Notes under the pieces: generated by a model
The model's database searches: none
What the model was told of the DNA's origin: nothing
The model's input: only the letters and a program-made list of their open reading frames with translations
Part shown: piece after piece, positions 1 through 10,900 of the stretch
Layout of the letters: each line of letters begins with the position of its first letter
How positions within the stretch are numbered: the first letter of the stretch is position 1
Made by a program: the position numbers and the translations under genes
Assembly (NCBI GenBank): GCA_965116885.1
Contig: OZ220741.1
Coordinates: 2,784,001-2,848,000, forward strand
DNA: 64,000 bases
DNA from: Candidatus Latescibacterota bacterium
GTDB lineage: Bacteria; Latescibacterota; UBA2968
Reading direction: 5' to 3'

Positions 1-1
1 T

Positions 2-898
2 CCAGGCGAGGGACAGGTGCGAATTACCATAGAAGCCGCGGGTGTCAATTTTATCGACACCTATCACCGCACGGGCCTTTATCCTCTGAATTTGCCGTTG
101 ACGCTGGGCCTGGAAGGTGCCGGTATTGTGAATGCGGTGGGTGCAGGGGTTTCGGATTTGACTGAGGGCGACCGCGTGGCCTGGAAAAGTGTGGAGGGTT
201 CTTATGCGGAGCAAGTTGTCGCAGACGCAGCCGAGGTGGTCAAAATTCCCTCAGATGTCGCCACCAAAACCGCAGCTGCGGTGATGTTGCAAGGGCTGAC
301 CGCGCATTATTTGGTCAATAGTACCTATCCGGTTCGAGAAGGCGACACCTGCCTTATCCACGCAGCGGCAGGGGGTGTTGGCCTTTTGCTCGTACAGATG
401 GCAAAAATGCGCGGGGCACGGGTTATTGGCACTACATCTACCGAAGAAAAAGCGGCTCTGGCACGGGGTGCTGGTGCCGATGATATTGTTCTTTATACCG
501 AACGGGATTTCGAGACCGAAGTTTTGAGTCTCACAGATGGTCAGGGCGTCGAGGTCGTTTACGATTCCGTTGCCAAAGCCACCTATGAGAAGAGCATCAA
601 TTGTCTCAAACCGCGCGGTTATATGGTCTTTTTTGGCAATGCCAGCGGGCCGGTTCCGCCAATTGATCCCCTGCTTCTGTCGCAAAAAGGGTCTATTTAT
701 CTCACGCGTCCGACGCTCAATAGCTACACGCAGACCCGCGAAGAATATCTCCAGCGTACCCGCGAGGTTATGGGCTGGATTCAAGACGGCGAACTGGATG
801 TGCGTATTGGCGAAGAGCATCCTCTTGAAAATACGGCTGAAGCACATAACCGCCTCGAAGGTCGGCAGACTACGGGGAAAGTGCTGTTGATTCCGTAG
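2..898 (+). CDS. qor: NADPH:quinone oxidoreductase (zeta-crystallin/MDR family), 5'-truncated by the window edge
   Basis: GVNFIDTYHRTGLY, GLEGAG, AAAGGVG nucleotide-binding motif, C-terminal TTGKVLLIP; frame open from position 2. Confidence 0.9.
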   Translation, partial: PGEGQVRITIEAAGVNFIDTYHRTGLYPLNLPLTLGLEGAGIVNAVGAGVSDLTEGDRVAWKSVEGSYAEQVVADAAEVVKIPSDVATKTAAAVMLQGLTAHYLVNSTYPVREGDTCLIHAAAGGVGLLLVQMAKMRGARVIGTTSTEEKAALARGAGADDIVLYTERDFETEVLSLTDGQGVEVVYDSVAKATYEKSINCLKPRGYMVFFGNASGPVPPIDPLLLSQKGSIYLTRPTLNSYTQTREEYLQRTREVMGWIQDGELDVRIGEEHPLENTAEAHNRLEGRQTTGKVLLIP

Positions 899-902
899 GC
901 AC

Positions 903-1385
903 ATGCGTATCGAGAACCACACCACGCTGATATTGCTCGTGAGGGGTGATCCTATAACCCATGTTTTGCTCGGTTATAAAAAACGCGGATTTGGCGCGGG
1001 GAAATACACGGGTATTGGCGGGAAAATCGAGCCGGGCGAAACGGTGCGTGCAGCCGCTGTGCGCGAAATGCGTGAAGAAACAGGTGTTGAGATGTCGCCT
1101 CGGGACCTGGTAGATGCCGGGCATGTGGCGTTTTATTTTCCCGCCCGTCCCAAATGGAGTCTCACGACCCGCATTTTTATTGGGCGCAGGTGGAAAGGTG
1201 AGCCGACGGAAACAGGGGAGATACGCCCTGTGTGGTTTGAAATTGATCACCTGCCTTTTGATATGATGTGGGATGATGCTGCCTATTGGTATCCCTATGT
1301 GTTGGAGAATAAGTGCGTCAGGGCGACATTTACATTTTCTACTGACTGCAAAACCGTCGCGGCCAGCCAGATTGAGATGTGGTAG
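903..1385 (+). CDS. NUDIX hydrolase, MTH1/8-oxo-dGTPase-like
   Basis: KKRGFGAGKY, Nudix box GGKIEPGETVRAAAVREMREETG, MWDD motif. Confidence 0.85.
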   Translation: MRIENHTTLILLVRGDPITHVLLGYKKRGFGAGKYTGIGGKIEPGETVRAAAVREMREETGVEMSPRDLVDAGHVAFYFPARPKWSLTTRIFIGRRWKGEPTETGEIRPVWFEIDHLPFDMMWDDAAYWYPYVLENKCVRATFTFSTDCKTVAASQIEMW

Positions 1386-1400
1386 CTGTGTGTTTTTTTC

Positions 1401-1430
1401 TTGACTCTTGTGGTAAAATCACTATATAGT
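1401..1430 (+). promoter_or_regulatory. Putative sigma70 promoter of the sigma factor gene
   Basis: TTGACT-N18-TATAGT in an AT-rich intergenic region. Confidence 0.45.
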
Positions 1431-1484
1431 CAGAACATTTAATAAATCAAACTTAATAACCCCTTTATTTTTTCTTTTAATGAG

Positions 1485-2345
1485 GTGATTGCTTTGCCTA
1501 CATCAGCCAAAGGTGTCCCCAAAGATGCACTGCACCACTACCTCGAAGATGTAGCTTCGTCTCAACCTCTGTCTTCCGCAGAGGAAGTTGAACTCGCTGT
1601 TCGCATTCGCGAGGGCGATCAGAAAGCGCGAGCAAAACTCATTGAAGCCAATCTGCGCTTTGTGATCACTGTGGCCTACGAATATCAAAATCAGGGCGTA
1701 CCGCTCGTGGATCTCATCAGCGCGGGAAACGTCGGTTTGATCACAGCGGCAGAGCGTTTTGACGAGACGAGAGGGTTTAAGTTTATCTCTTATGCTGTTT
1801 GGTGGATTCGCCAATCTATTTTACAAACTCTGGCGGAACACGCCAGGGTCGTGCGTCTTCCACTAAATCGCGTGGAATTGCTCAGACGTATATCTCGCTG
1901 TAAAAACAACCAGAAGCAAGAGCCTTCGACGCGCACTGCCGAAGAAGAAATTGCCGAAGAATTGGATATTCCGGTGGAGCAGGTTACGGATATTCTCACG
2001 AGTGGGCAGCGCACCTTGTCTCTCGATACGTCTCTTGGCGATGGGGAAAATAGCCTTCTTGAAATGATGCCCGATAACTCACAAGAGCCGCCTGATGCAA
2101 TGACGCTGCGAAATACCCTGAAAGATGAAATCTCAAGAGCTTTGAGCACCCTTGATGAACGCGAGCAAAAAGTTATCCGACTCTATTTTGGATTGGGCGG
2201 CGGCACGGAGATGACACTCGAAGAAATTGGCAAGCAATTTCGTCTGACGCGCGAACGAATTCGGCAAATTAAGGAAAAAGCACTTCGAAAGTTGCGCCAC
2301 CCCACGCGCGGGCGAAAGCTGATGCCCTATGCCGAAGATACGTGA
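1485..2345 (+). CDS. RNA polymerase sigma factor, RpoD/SigA family, short form lacking region 1.1
   Basis: ANLRFVI, DLISAGNVGL, FKFISYAVWWIRQSI, region 4 TLEEIG..LTRERIRQIKEKAL. Confidence 0.92.
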   Translation: MIALPTSAKGVPKDALHHYLEDVASSQPLSSAEEVELAVRIREGDQKARAKLIEANLRFVITVAYEYQNQGVPLVDLISAGNVGLITAAERFDETRGFKFISYAVWWIRQSILQTLAEHARVVRLPLNRVELLRRISRCKNNQKQEPSTRTAEEEIAEELDIPVEQVTDILTSGQRTLSLDTSLGDGENSLLEMMPDNSQEPPDAMTLRNTLKDEISRALSTLDEREQKVIRLYFGLGGGTEMTLEEIGKQFRLTRERIRQIKEKALRKLRHPTRGRKLMPYAEDT

Positions 2346-2356
2346 AAAAAACAAAA

Positions 2357-2437
2357 GCGAATAGACGAATAGACGAATCCCGCCCAACCCCCCAACTGCT
2401 ATAGTAGATTCGCTGATTCGTAGATTCGTAGATTCGC
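2357..2437. repeat. Inverted pair of 8-mer tandem arrays between convergent genes
   Basis: GCGAATAGACGAATAGACGAATC (2357-2379) faces GATTCGCTGATTCGTAGATTCGTAGATTCGC (2407-2437). Confidence 0.8.
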
Positions 2438-2447
2438 CTATTGTGAG

Positions 2448-3824
2448 CTATCCAGATTTAGCGGGGTTTGCATTTCGTTGCAATTTTTCCACCCATTCTC
2501 GAAACCGCTCACCGCGCTCTTCAAAATTGCCAAACTGGTCGTAACTCGCCGATGCTGGCGATAGCAATACCACATCGCCAGCTTGTGCAAGGCCTGTCGC
2601 GCACCCCATCGCTTCTTCCAAATTTTCTACGCGGTGAATATTGGTTTTTCCTTTTGCTGTTGCCGCAATTGCTTCCCCGGTTTCGCCCATCACAATCAGA
2701 TGTGCGACTTTTTCCGCTATCGCTATCCCCATAGTGTCAAATGCAATGCCTTTATCGTAGCCGCCTGCGATCAGCACGATTGGCCTGTCAAATGCCATGA
2801 GCGCTGTTCGCGTGCGATCGGGACTCGTGGCTATTGAATCGTTCACATAGAGCACGCCGTTCACTTCTGCCACCTGCTCCAATCTGTGCGGTACTCCCTG
2901 AAATGTCTGCAATACTTCGGCGATATTTTTTTCAGATACGCCGCTTATGACCGCTGCACCCGTGGCTGCCAACGCGTTGGCGAGGTTGTGCTGACCGCGC
3001 AAGGATACGGTATCTACAGAACAGACGGTTCGCGCTTCGCCTCCGATTGCGTGTTGTATTTTTCCCCCGCGGACAAATACATCTCCTTTGCCTTCAGCGG
3101 CAAATACCACCCGCTGTCCCGCGCCCGTCCAACGGGATACTTCGGCATCTTCTCCGTTGACAATCGTCCAGTCGTTTTTTGTTTGGTGCATGACGATTTG
3201 TTGCTTGGCTTTTCGGTACGCTTTTAGAGATCCGTGAATGTCGATGTGATTTGGCGCGAAATTGGTTATGACAGCTATGTGGGGGCTCCAGGGCAGATCT
3301 CCCAATCGGTCGAGTTGAAAGCTCGATAATTCCAATACGACGGGTACATCGGCTTGTAGCCTGTCCAACTCATCGAGTAGCGATCCCCCGATATTGCCAC
3401 CGATTCGCGTGCGTTTGTCCTTTCGCTTGAGCATTTCTCCTGTGAGCGAGGTTGTCGTCGTTTTGCCACTGCTGCCCGTTACACCGATTATGGGCGCGGG
3501 ACAGCGTTCGACAAATAGACAGATTTCCGATGTGATGGGCACGCCCACAGATTCTGCGATTTTCAAGTATCGCGATGACCGGGGCACCGCGGGGTTGGCG
3601 ACAATTAAATCTGCGTTCTGGAAATCCGTTTCTTCGTGCTGACCCAGCTTAAAGGCGATGGGTAATCCATTCAGGGCACTTACCGAAGCGCGCAGGTCTT
3701 TTTCAGGGCGCAAGTCCGTCACTGTCACCACCGCGCCTTCGCGTACCAGAAAACGCACTGCTCCCACGCCCCCGCCAAATAATCCCAATCCCATTACTGT
3801 GACGCGCTGGCCTTTTAAGTTCAC
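2448..3824 (-). CDS. murD: UDP-N-acetylmuramoyl-L-alanine--D-glutamate ligase
   Basis: GLGLFGGG, GVTGSSGKTTT, ELSSFQL, NDSIAT, LLSPASASYDQF..FEERG; GTG start at 3824 with GGAGA RBS. Confidence 0.95.
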   Translation of the reverse strand: MNLKGQRVTVMGLGLFGGGVGAVRFLVREGAVVTVTDLRPEKDLRASVSALNGLPIAFKLGQHEETDFQNADLIVANPAVPRSSRYLKIAESVGVPITSEICLFVERCPAPIIGVTGSSGKTTTTSLTGEMLKRKDKRTRIGGNIGGSLLDELDRLQADVPVVLELSSFQLDRLGDLPWSPHIAVITNFAPNHIDIHGSLKAYRKAKQQIVMHQTKNDWTIVNGEDAEVSRWTGAGQRVVFAAEGKGDVFVRGGKIQHAIGGEARTVCSVDTVSLRGQHNLANALAATGAAVISGVSEKNIAEVLQTFQGVPHRLEQVAEVNGVLYVNDSIATSPDRTRTALMAFDRPIVLIAGGYDKGIAFDTMGIAIAEKVAHLIVMGETGEAIAATAKGKTNIHRVENLEEAMGCATGLAQAGDVVLLSPASASYDQFGNFEERGERFREWVEKLQRNANPAKSG

Positions 3825-3844
3825 GGGAAATCTCCAGGTGAGGG

Positions 3845-4831
3845 CTATTCCTCTAACAATTGATCGATGAGATCGACCGGGGTGATGCCTTCGGCTTCGG
3901 CGTTGAAATTTGTGACGAGGCGATGGCGCAATACGGGTTTGGCGACAAAAGATACGTCGTCTATAGAGGGTGCAAAGCGTCCGCTGAGTACGGCGCGTGC
4001 TTTGGCACCCAGGATGAGGCATTGGGAGGCGCGCGGGCCGGCGCCCCATCTGAGCATGTTGCCGATGGATGTGTCTGCATTTTGAGGGCGGGTTTTGCGG
4101 ACGAGATCTACTGCGTGATCTACGATGTGATCGGCGACTGGGACTTTGCGGATGAGTTGCTGGAGGTTGCGAATTTGTTCGGCGTTGATTACGGGCTGCA
4201 CATCGTGGGTTTGGGCACCTGTGGTGGCTTTGACAATGGCGCGTTCTTCTTCCTGGGTGGGATAATCGATCCACAGGTTAAATATGAAGCGGTCGAGTTG
4301 GGCTTCGGGCAGGGGATAGGTGCCTTCCTGTTCGATGGGATTTTGGGTGGCTAAGACAAAGAAGGGTTCTTCGAGGCGAAAGGTTCCTCCCCCTGCGGTG
4401 ACTTCGTGTTCTTGCATGGCCTGCAATAAGGCGGCCTGGGTTTTGGGGGGGGTGCGGTTGATTTCGTCTGCCAGGATGATGTTGGCAAATAAGGGACCTT
4501 TGACAAAGCGAAATGCTTTGTGTCCGGTGGTTTGGTCTTCTTCGAGGAGTTCTGTGCCCGTGATATCTGAAGGCATGAGGTCGGGGGTAAATTGGATGCG
4601 GCTGAAAGACAAGTCGAGGGCACGCGCGAGGGTGCTGATGAGGAGTGTTTTGGCCAGGCCGGGCACGCCGACGAGCAAACAATGGCCCCCGCAGAGGAGG
4701 GCGATGAGTAGTTGATCGACGATTTCCCGCTGGCCAATAATGACTTTGCCAATTTCGGCGACGATCTGGTCATACGCGGTTTTTAATTGTTCAACGGCCT
4801 GGAGGTCTTCATGGGGTGATGCTTCGGACAT
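3845..4831 (-). CDS. MoxR family AAA+ ATPase
   Basis: GVPGLAKT, RIQFTPDLMPSD, LADEINR, ATQNPIEQEGTYPLPEAQLDRF. Confidence 0.95.
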   Translation of the reverse strand: MSEASPHEDLQAVEQLKTAYDQIVAEIGKVIIGQREIVDQLLIALLCGGHCLLVGVPGLAKTLLISTLARALDLSFSRIQFTPDLMPSDITGTELLEEDQTTGHKAFRFVKGPLFANIILADEINRTPPKTQAALLQAMQEHEVTAGGGTFRLEEPFFVLATQNPIEQEGTYPLPEAQLDRFIFNLWIDYPTQEEERAIVKATTGAQTHDVQPVINAEQIRNLQQLIRKVPVADHIVDHAVDLVRKTRPQNADTSIGNMLRWGAGPRASQCLILGAKARAVLSGRFAPSIDDVSFVAKPVLRHRLVTNFNAEAEGITPVDLIDQLLEE

Positions 4832-4843
4832 GTTGTTCCTTTC

Positions 4844-6169
4844 TTATGTTTTGCGTTTTTCTTTTTTTGCCGCCGGGAAGAGAATATTGTTGAGGATGAG
4901 GCGATAGCCAGGCGAATTTTTGTGTAGTGCGAGTTGTGTGGGCGGGTCGTTGACAAAGTGCTGATAGTCTTCCGGGTCGTGTCCCGCATAAAATGTGAAC
5001 GTGCCTTTGCCGATGTTGCCGTGGATGTATTTGACGTGGTCTGTGCCGGGTATGTCGCCCATGATGGTGACGGATTTTTTGATGCGGTTTTTGCGAAAGG
5101 CCGTGGTTTGGCCCAAAAAGCCGGGGACGATGGGCGTGTGGTTCTGCGTGAGCATGGTGGGTACGGGATCGTATTTTGCCGAGAACTCAAATAGTGAAAA
5201 GGCGTCGATATCGGCATTTTTGATCTGGCTCATTTCAATGGGCGACAGGTCGATGTCGGCGTGTTCGTATTCGAGAGGGTCCATGACGAGGTTGAAGTTT
5301 TCAAAGGCTACTGTGCGCGAGAAATCGAGTTTTTGACGCGCCTGTGGGTCTGCGGGATCGCCGTCGTAAACGCTATCGACGATGTCGATTCCGCGCGCGG
5401 CAAGGGCAATGTCAAAGGTATCGGTGGCCGAGCACATGGCAAAGAGAAAGCCGCCCTGTGCGACGTAGTTGTAAATGGCCTGTGCGACCGCGCCTTTGAG
5501 GTGGGAGACTTTGGCAAAGCCCAATTTGCCAGCGAGGGCTTTGAATCCGGCCTGTTGTTGCCGGTACCAGAGGGTGTGGCCGTGGCTGCGATAAAATTTG
5601 CCGTATTGTCCCGTGAAGTCTTCGTGGTGCAGGTGTAGCCAGTCGAAGTTTTCGAGTTTGCCCATGAGGACTTCTTCGTCCCACAAGGTGGTGTAGGGGA
5701 TTTCCGCATATGTGAGCGCCAGTGTGACGGCGTCGTCCCAGGGCTGTTTGTGCGGGGGGGTATAGACCGCGATGCGAGGTGCTTTTTCAAGGCGCATGCG
5801 GTTCATGTTGCCGGATTCAATATCGGCGTAGATGCGCGTGGCCTGCGCGGCTGAGATGGCCTGGAATGAGACGGCGCGTATTCGGGCTTCGCGCGCGATG
5901 GTTTCGTGGTTGTCGATGAGGAAGGATCCGCCGCGGTAGTTGAGCAACCATTCGACGGGATGGCCTTGCTGCAATGCCCAATACGCAATGCCGTAGGCTT
6001 TGAGATGATCTGTTTGCGATACGTCCATGGGGACGAGTATTTTGCCGACGTTCGCGCTTCCACCACCAATCGCCGCTGAGGAGATGGATGGTGTTGTTAG
6101 GATGAGGAGCAAGGCGAAGGTGAGAAGTGTGAAGCGTGTGTGTCTTGCATTTTGCCGTTGTAATATCAT
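4844..6169 (-). CDS. Conserved exported protein with a class-I glutamine-amidotransferase-like domain (family often labelled 'asparagine synthetase B')
   Basis: Signal peptide; HLKAYGIAYW, WLLNYRGGSF, LHHEDFTGQYGKF, GGFLFAMCSATD, GHDPEDYQH. Confidence 0.65.
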   Translation of the reverse strand: MILQRQNARHTRFTLLTFALLLILTTPSISSAAIGGGSANVGKILVPMDVSQTDHLKAYGIAYWALQQGHPVEWLLNYRGGSFLIDNHETIAREARIRAVSFQAISAAQATRIYADIESGNMNRMRLEKAPRIAVYTPPHKQPWDDAVTLALTYAEIPYTTLWDEEVLMGKLENFDWLHLHHEDFTGQYGKFYRSHGHTLWYRQQQAGFKALAGKLGFAKVSHLKGAVAQAIYNYVAQGGFLFAMCSATDTFDIALAARGIDIVDSVYDGDPADPQARQKLDFSRTVAFENFNLVMDPLEYEHADIDLSPIEMSQIKNADIDAFSLFEFSAKYDPVPTMLTQNHTPIVPGFLGQTTAFRKNRIKKSVTIMGDIPGTDHVKYIHGNIGKGTFTFYAGHDPEDYQHFVNDPPTQLALHKNSPGYRLILNNILFPAAKKEKRKT

Positions 6170-7998
6170 CCCGCTTCCTTTGTTTTTTCGAGGGTCTGAA
6201 TTTTTTGTCGGAGGCTTCGCAATCGCTCGCGGGCTATGTCGGCTTCGAGGCTTGTGGGATAGTTGACGAGCAGGGTTTCATAGATATTTTGCGCGTCGTA
6301 ATATTGGCCGAGGTATTTGTCGTAGATCGCGCCCTGTGCGATGTATGCGGCGGGGGAAAGCGGGCTTTCGGGTTGTGTGGCGATGAGTTTGCGATATGTT
6401 TGTATAGCTTGTGGATAGCGTTTTTGATCGGTGTAAATTTTTGCCTGATGGTCGAGCAGGCGATCCGCGAGAAAGGATTTCGGATGGGCGTGGTGGAGGG
6501 TTTCAAAAGCGTGCAATGCCCCGTTTTGATCTTTTTGTCGCAGTTTAAGGCAGGCACTGGCATACGCGCTGAGCAGGGTTGCGTCTGCGCGCTGGCCTTC
6601 TTGTAACAGCGCGGATAGGGCGATGGTGTCGTTGATGATGTCGCGGTTGACATCTGTTTTGAGCACGGCGTTGAGCAGGGTTTGTGCCCGGTCGATCTGG
6701 CCCGATAGAAAATGCAATTCGGCGAGGCGAAAGCGGGCTTCGGTAGCTTCGGAGGCGGTCGCTCTTTCGGCGATGATCTGGTGGTAGATGAGCCGCGTCT
6801 TATCTATGCTGTTTGCCTGTAGATGTCCTTCGGCGAGTGCAAATAGTGCCTTGTATCGCCAGGTGCTGCGCCGATGGGTCTGGATCAGGTTTTGAAATGC
6901 TTTTTGAGCACCTGCGGCGTCATTGTGGTGGTCGCGCAAGATGAGGCCCACGAGAAAACGGGCTTCGTCGGCCTCTGCGCGGTTGGGGTAATGGGTGATG
7001 AGGTCGCTGTAGTGGGTTTGTGCATCGGTGGGGCGGTTTGCAAGCTGATATGCTTTGCCCAGGCCCAATTGTGCGCGCGCCAGATGGTCGGGACGGTCTG
7101 CGCGGTCGCATATCGCTCGATAAGCAGCAATGGCGGTTGTGGGATTGTCATTGTCGAGGGAATAGTGTGCAATGCGGAAGAGATAATTCCAGTTGTTGTC
7201 TGTGGGCGCGCTGGGCGAGAGCAAAAGGTCGAGTGTTTGCGCGACAAATCCAGCGGGCAGGGCGTATTCGATGAGCAGGCTGAGATCGGTTTGATCTTTG
7301 GGCGATGAGAGCAGGTCAAAGACCTCGGCGTGCTGGTCGCCGTTTTGGGCCATATCGCGCAGGCGTGCTTCAACGTGTGCGCGATACTGTGGATTTTGTT
7401 GAGTCCAGATCAGGTATTCGCGCACAGCGTCGGGATAATGGGCGCGGCGTTCGGCGACTTCGGCGAGTTCGCGGGCAAAAAGCGTTGTTTTTTTGAGTGC
7501 GGTTCTCGCGCGGCGATAGGTCTGTTCGGCGCGTTTGTCGAGGTTGCGTTTGCGATAGCGGTCGGCAATGACGGCAAAGGGGTGCGTGGTGGTCGCCTTC
7601 TGGAGCAGGGGTTCCCAGAAGGCGGCTGCGGAATCTATTTGGCCCAGTTCAAAGAGGGCGAGGCCCAGCCGGAGCCGCGCGTTATTATCGTTTGGAACAG
7701 ACGATAGGCGTTGGCGCAACAGCGCGGCGACTTCGTCATGCCTGCCCGCCCGCGATAGTGCGGATTCGAGGCGCATGAGAAGGTCGGCGCGATGGGGATG
7801 CTGGATGTAAAGGCCGCGGTAGATGTAGATCGCGCTCGTGAAGTCCTTTTTGGCTTCGAGGGCTATTGCGCGCTGGAGCGCGGCGTTTATTTGCTCAGTA
7901 GATGCAGTGGCAATCCCCGCGGATAAGAGGAGGAGTGCGATACAACTACCTCGTAAAAACCAAATTCTATTTGTCCGTTGTCTTTTTCGCATCTTCAA
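6166..7998 (-). CDS. Exported tetratricopeptide-repeat protein
   Basis: Signal-like N-terminus; repeated TPR helices with YP..AxxA turns; overlaps both neighbours. Confidence 0.8.
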   Translation of the reverse strand: MKMRKRQRTNRIWFLRGSCIALLLLSAGIATASTEQINAALQRAIALEAKKDFTSAIYIYRGLYIQHPHRADLLMRLESALSRAGRHDEVAALLRQRLSSVPNDNNARLRLGLALFELGQIDSAAAFWEPLLQKATTTHPFAVIADRYRKRNLDKRAEQTYRRARTALKKTTLFARELAEVAERRAHYPDAVREYLIWTQQNPQYRAHVEARLRDMAQNGDQHAEVFDLLSSPKDQTDLSLLIEYALPAGFVAQTLDLLLSPSAPTDNNWNYLFRIAHYSLDNDNPTTAIAAYRAICDRADRPDHLARAQLGLGKAYQLANRPTDAQTHYSDLITHYPNRAEADEARFLVGLILRDHHNDAAGAQKAFQNLIQTHRRSTWRYKALFALAEGHLQANSIDKTRLIYHQIIAERATASEATEARFRLAELHFLSGQIDRAQTLLNAVLKTDVNRDIINDTIALSALLQEGQRADATLLSAYASACLKLRQKDQNGALHAFETLHHAHPKSFLADRLLDHQAKIYTDQKRYPQAIQTYRKLIATQPESPLSPAAYIAQGAIYDKYLGQYYDAQNIYETLLVNYPTSLEADIARERLRSLRQKIQTLEKTKEAG

Positions 7999-10900
7999 TC
8001 AAGTTTTCAAAATACCGCCGGATGAGGGCCTGGTATTCGGGTGAATACCCTTCTTTGAGGGCGTCGCGCATCAGATGGCGCAAGGGGTTGTCGGCTACTC
8101 CTAAATCAGCGGGGAGCGTTCCCGGTCCGCGATAGGTCAGATTTACGCCTGTGCGCGCCTGTCGCTTTTTGCTCTTTCCGCGTGATCTCATGGCCTGTTG
8201 GGCATCGAGCATGCGGGAGAGGATTTGTCGCTGTCGCATGAGGGTTTGGGGGGCGACCCGGCGCTGGAGAAGTTCGCTCGCGGTTTCACGCATGTCGCTG
8301 GCAATTTTGCCCAGATCGCCGAGCATTTCGCGCTGTTGCCGCGCCAATTCGCCGCGCAGGGCATTGAGCGCGTCCCTTATGGCGCGCTGTTGGGCCGCGA
8401 GTTTTTGCCACGAGGGTTGGCCGCTTTGTCCCGGTTGCCCAAATAGGTTTTCGGTTTGGGCGTTGAGTTCTCCCTGTTGCTGTGCGAGTTGGGCCATTTT
8501 CGCCATCATTTCTTCAAAGCCCGTGCCCGATTCCGAAGCGGCGAGTTGCCCCAGTGCTTGTTGTACCATCATGGCTGTGCGGTTGATTTCTCCCATGGCT
8601 TCGCGGGCGAGTTGAGCCGCCTGGGTGGCATTGCCCGCGTTGAGTTGTTCGGCAGCGCCTTCCATTTTGTTCAGGGCCTGACCCAGGGTTGCCTGTGCGC
8701 GGGGGGGCATGAAGAAGGTTTTTTGCGAGGCGTCCATCAGGCGTTGTGCCATGCGCGATGCCCCGGTCATCGCACGTGCCTGGTCCAGGGCGAGGGGCGC
8801 GGTGTCATCGCGGCTTCCCGCCTCATTGGCGCGCTGTGCCGTGCGTTCCTGTGCCTGGGATAAAGTGAGAAGATCGTGCAATACGCGGTTGAGTTCTCTG
8901 GCGATTTCTTCTTTTTGTCGCTGGATAAACCGCTGTCGGGTCTGTGCGAGTCCCTGGCTCATGTTTTGTAAGTCCCGGGCGAGAGAATCGCTGCCTGAGC
9001 GCGCACTTTGTCGTTGCCCCTGGGCGAGGTTCTGGTGTACCTGATCCATGCGGGGGGTGAGTTGTTTGTTTTTTATTGTATTGGCGATTTGGTCGAGTTC
9101 GCCATCGGTGGGACTGTCCATTTTTTGTGCTGCCTGTTGAAGTTCTGCACGCAATTGTTCAGTGTCTCGGGCGATTCGCGTCTGGCGGCGGGCGAGTTCT
9201 TCGGCGGGTTCGCGTTCGATATTTTGCGTGATCTGATCCTGAGCATGGGCGAGTTCTTCGAGTTTTTGGTTGAGCGCGTCGAGGGTTTGTTGTTGTTGAA
9301 CGCGCTGGAGTAGGGCGAGGGTGCGGTCGAGGGTTTCGCGGAATTTTTCGCGCTCCATTTGAAATTGTTCAAGGGTTTCGCGCACCATGTTTGCATCGGC
9401 ATTTTTGATGGCTTCGTCCAGTTTTTTCATGACATCATCGAGTTCTGGCGTGCGGATTTGCGAGAGCAATGTTTGTAGTTCTTCGAGTTTTTGCAGGGTA
9501 TCGTCTTCGAGCAATCCGCTTTCTTGCAGGCGGTCGAGTGCGCGTTCGAGTTGTTCGGCTGTGGATTCAATTTTTTCGGCGAGTTGTTCTTGCGTTTGGC
9601 GCGCTTTTTCGAGTTCGCGTTTTTCCTGCCAATCGAGTTTGTCTTTGGAGAGCATATCGCGGGCGAGTTCTTTGAGGCGCGCGTCGAGTTCGCGCCCGCG
9701 TTGTTGCACGGTTTCGATCTCGTCGATGCTCTCGCGCTGTGTTTTGTCCGCTTCTCGATGGATCTCAAACAGGCTGGGCATGCGAATTGTAAAGGTGGCT
9801 GTTTCCCCATAAGAGGGCCTGGGGTTGTTGTCATAAGCGCGGATTCTGTAGGTGATTTGATCGCCCGGTAGTAAGTCGAGGTTGGACAGGTCCCAGTGAT
9901 AGGATGCCTCGATTTCGCGTCCGGATGTTGTGATAATTGGAAGGGTGTGGTCTGTGTCACCATCTTTCTGGTATCTGAGTTGCAGGCGCGATATGCCGTA
10001 GTCGTCAAAGGCTTCGGCAACGAGGGAGACGCGCATCGATTCAGTGAGGTCGATGTCTTGTCCCGGGCGCAACAGGCGCACATCGGGCGGTTGATCGGGT
10101 AGCGCGACGATGCGATATGCCACGGGGTCTTTGTTGGTGATCATCTGGTGGTCGCGCAAGTGTACGCGATAGCGTCCATCTTTTTTTATTGTCAGGGTCG
10201 TTTGTGCAAGTGATGAAGATACTGCGGCGGACAATTCGGTTGCGTCGCCAAATACGAGTGCAGCCGATTCGAGGGGTTTGTTGGTTTCAATCGTCAATGA
10301 GACTTCTGTGCCGGTTGGTACAATTATATCGCCGCCCTGTTGATCGATGCGGTCGGGCATGGCTGTGTGCGGCGGAAAACGATCGCGGTGCGAGATTCGC
10401 GTGACAATGGGGCGCGGGTGTACGGTTGCGGTGTAGGTGGGGGTTTGCGCGTCGTGGGCAGACAGGCGGTAGTCAAAAGATCGCGTGACATTGGGAAAGT
10501 GATGGGATGCGCCCGTTTGTTTGACGGGCAAGGGAAAGGAAGCCCATGTTTGTACGCCTTTCTCTCGGATATAGAGACGCGCAGTGCGTGGAACTATGCC
10601 TGCAAATTGTGCAGTGAGTGTAAGAGATTCTCCTCCGATGATTTCGACATTGCCCGGTTGCAAAATTATGTACGTGTCTGGCGGGCGGGTGTATGGGGTT
10701 TGTGGGTTTGCGAGGCGTTGGGCTGCGCCGGATAAAGCTGTGGGCCAGCCAGCGTAGAGTAATAGCGCGACGAGGGCGAGCACGACAACCGCCGTGGCAG
10801 CGCGAATAGGTGGCTTGCGATTGATGAGTGCTTCATAAGGGAGATGCTGTGTGGCGCGTTCTGCCTGGATGATTGCTGCATCGACGAGTGCCGTGGCGTG

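Noticed and set aside
3825..4274. 150-aa N-terminal extension of MurD
   Set aside because: It overlaps moxR in another frame; a GTG start with RBS at 3824 is better
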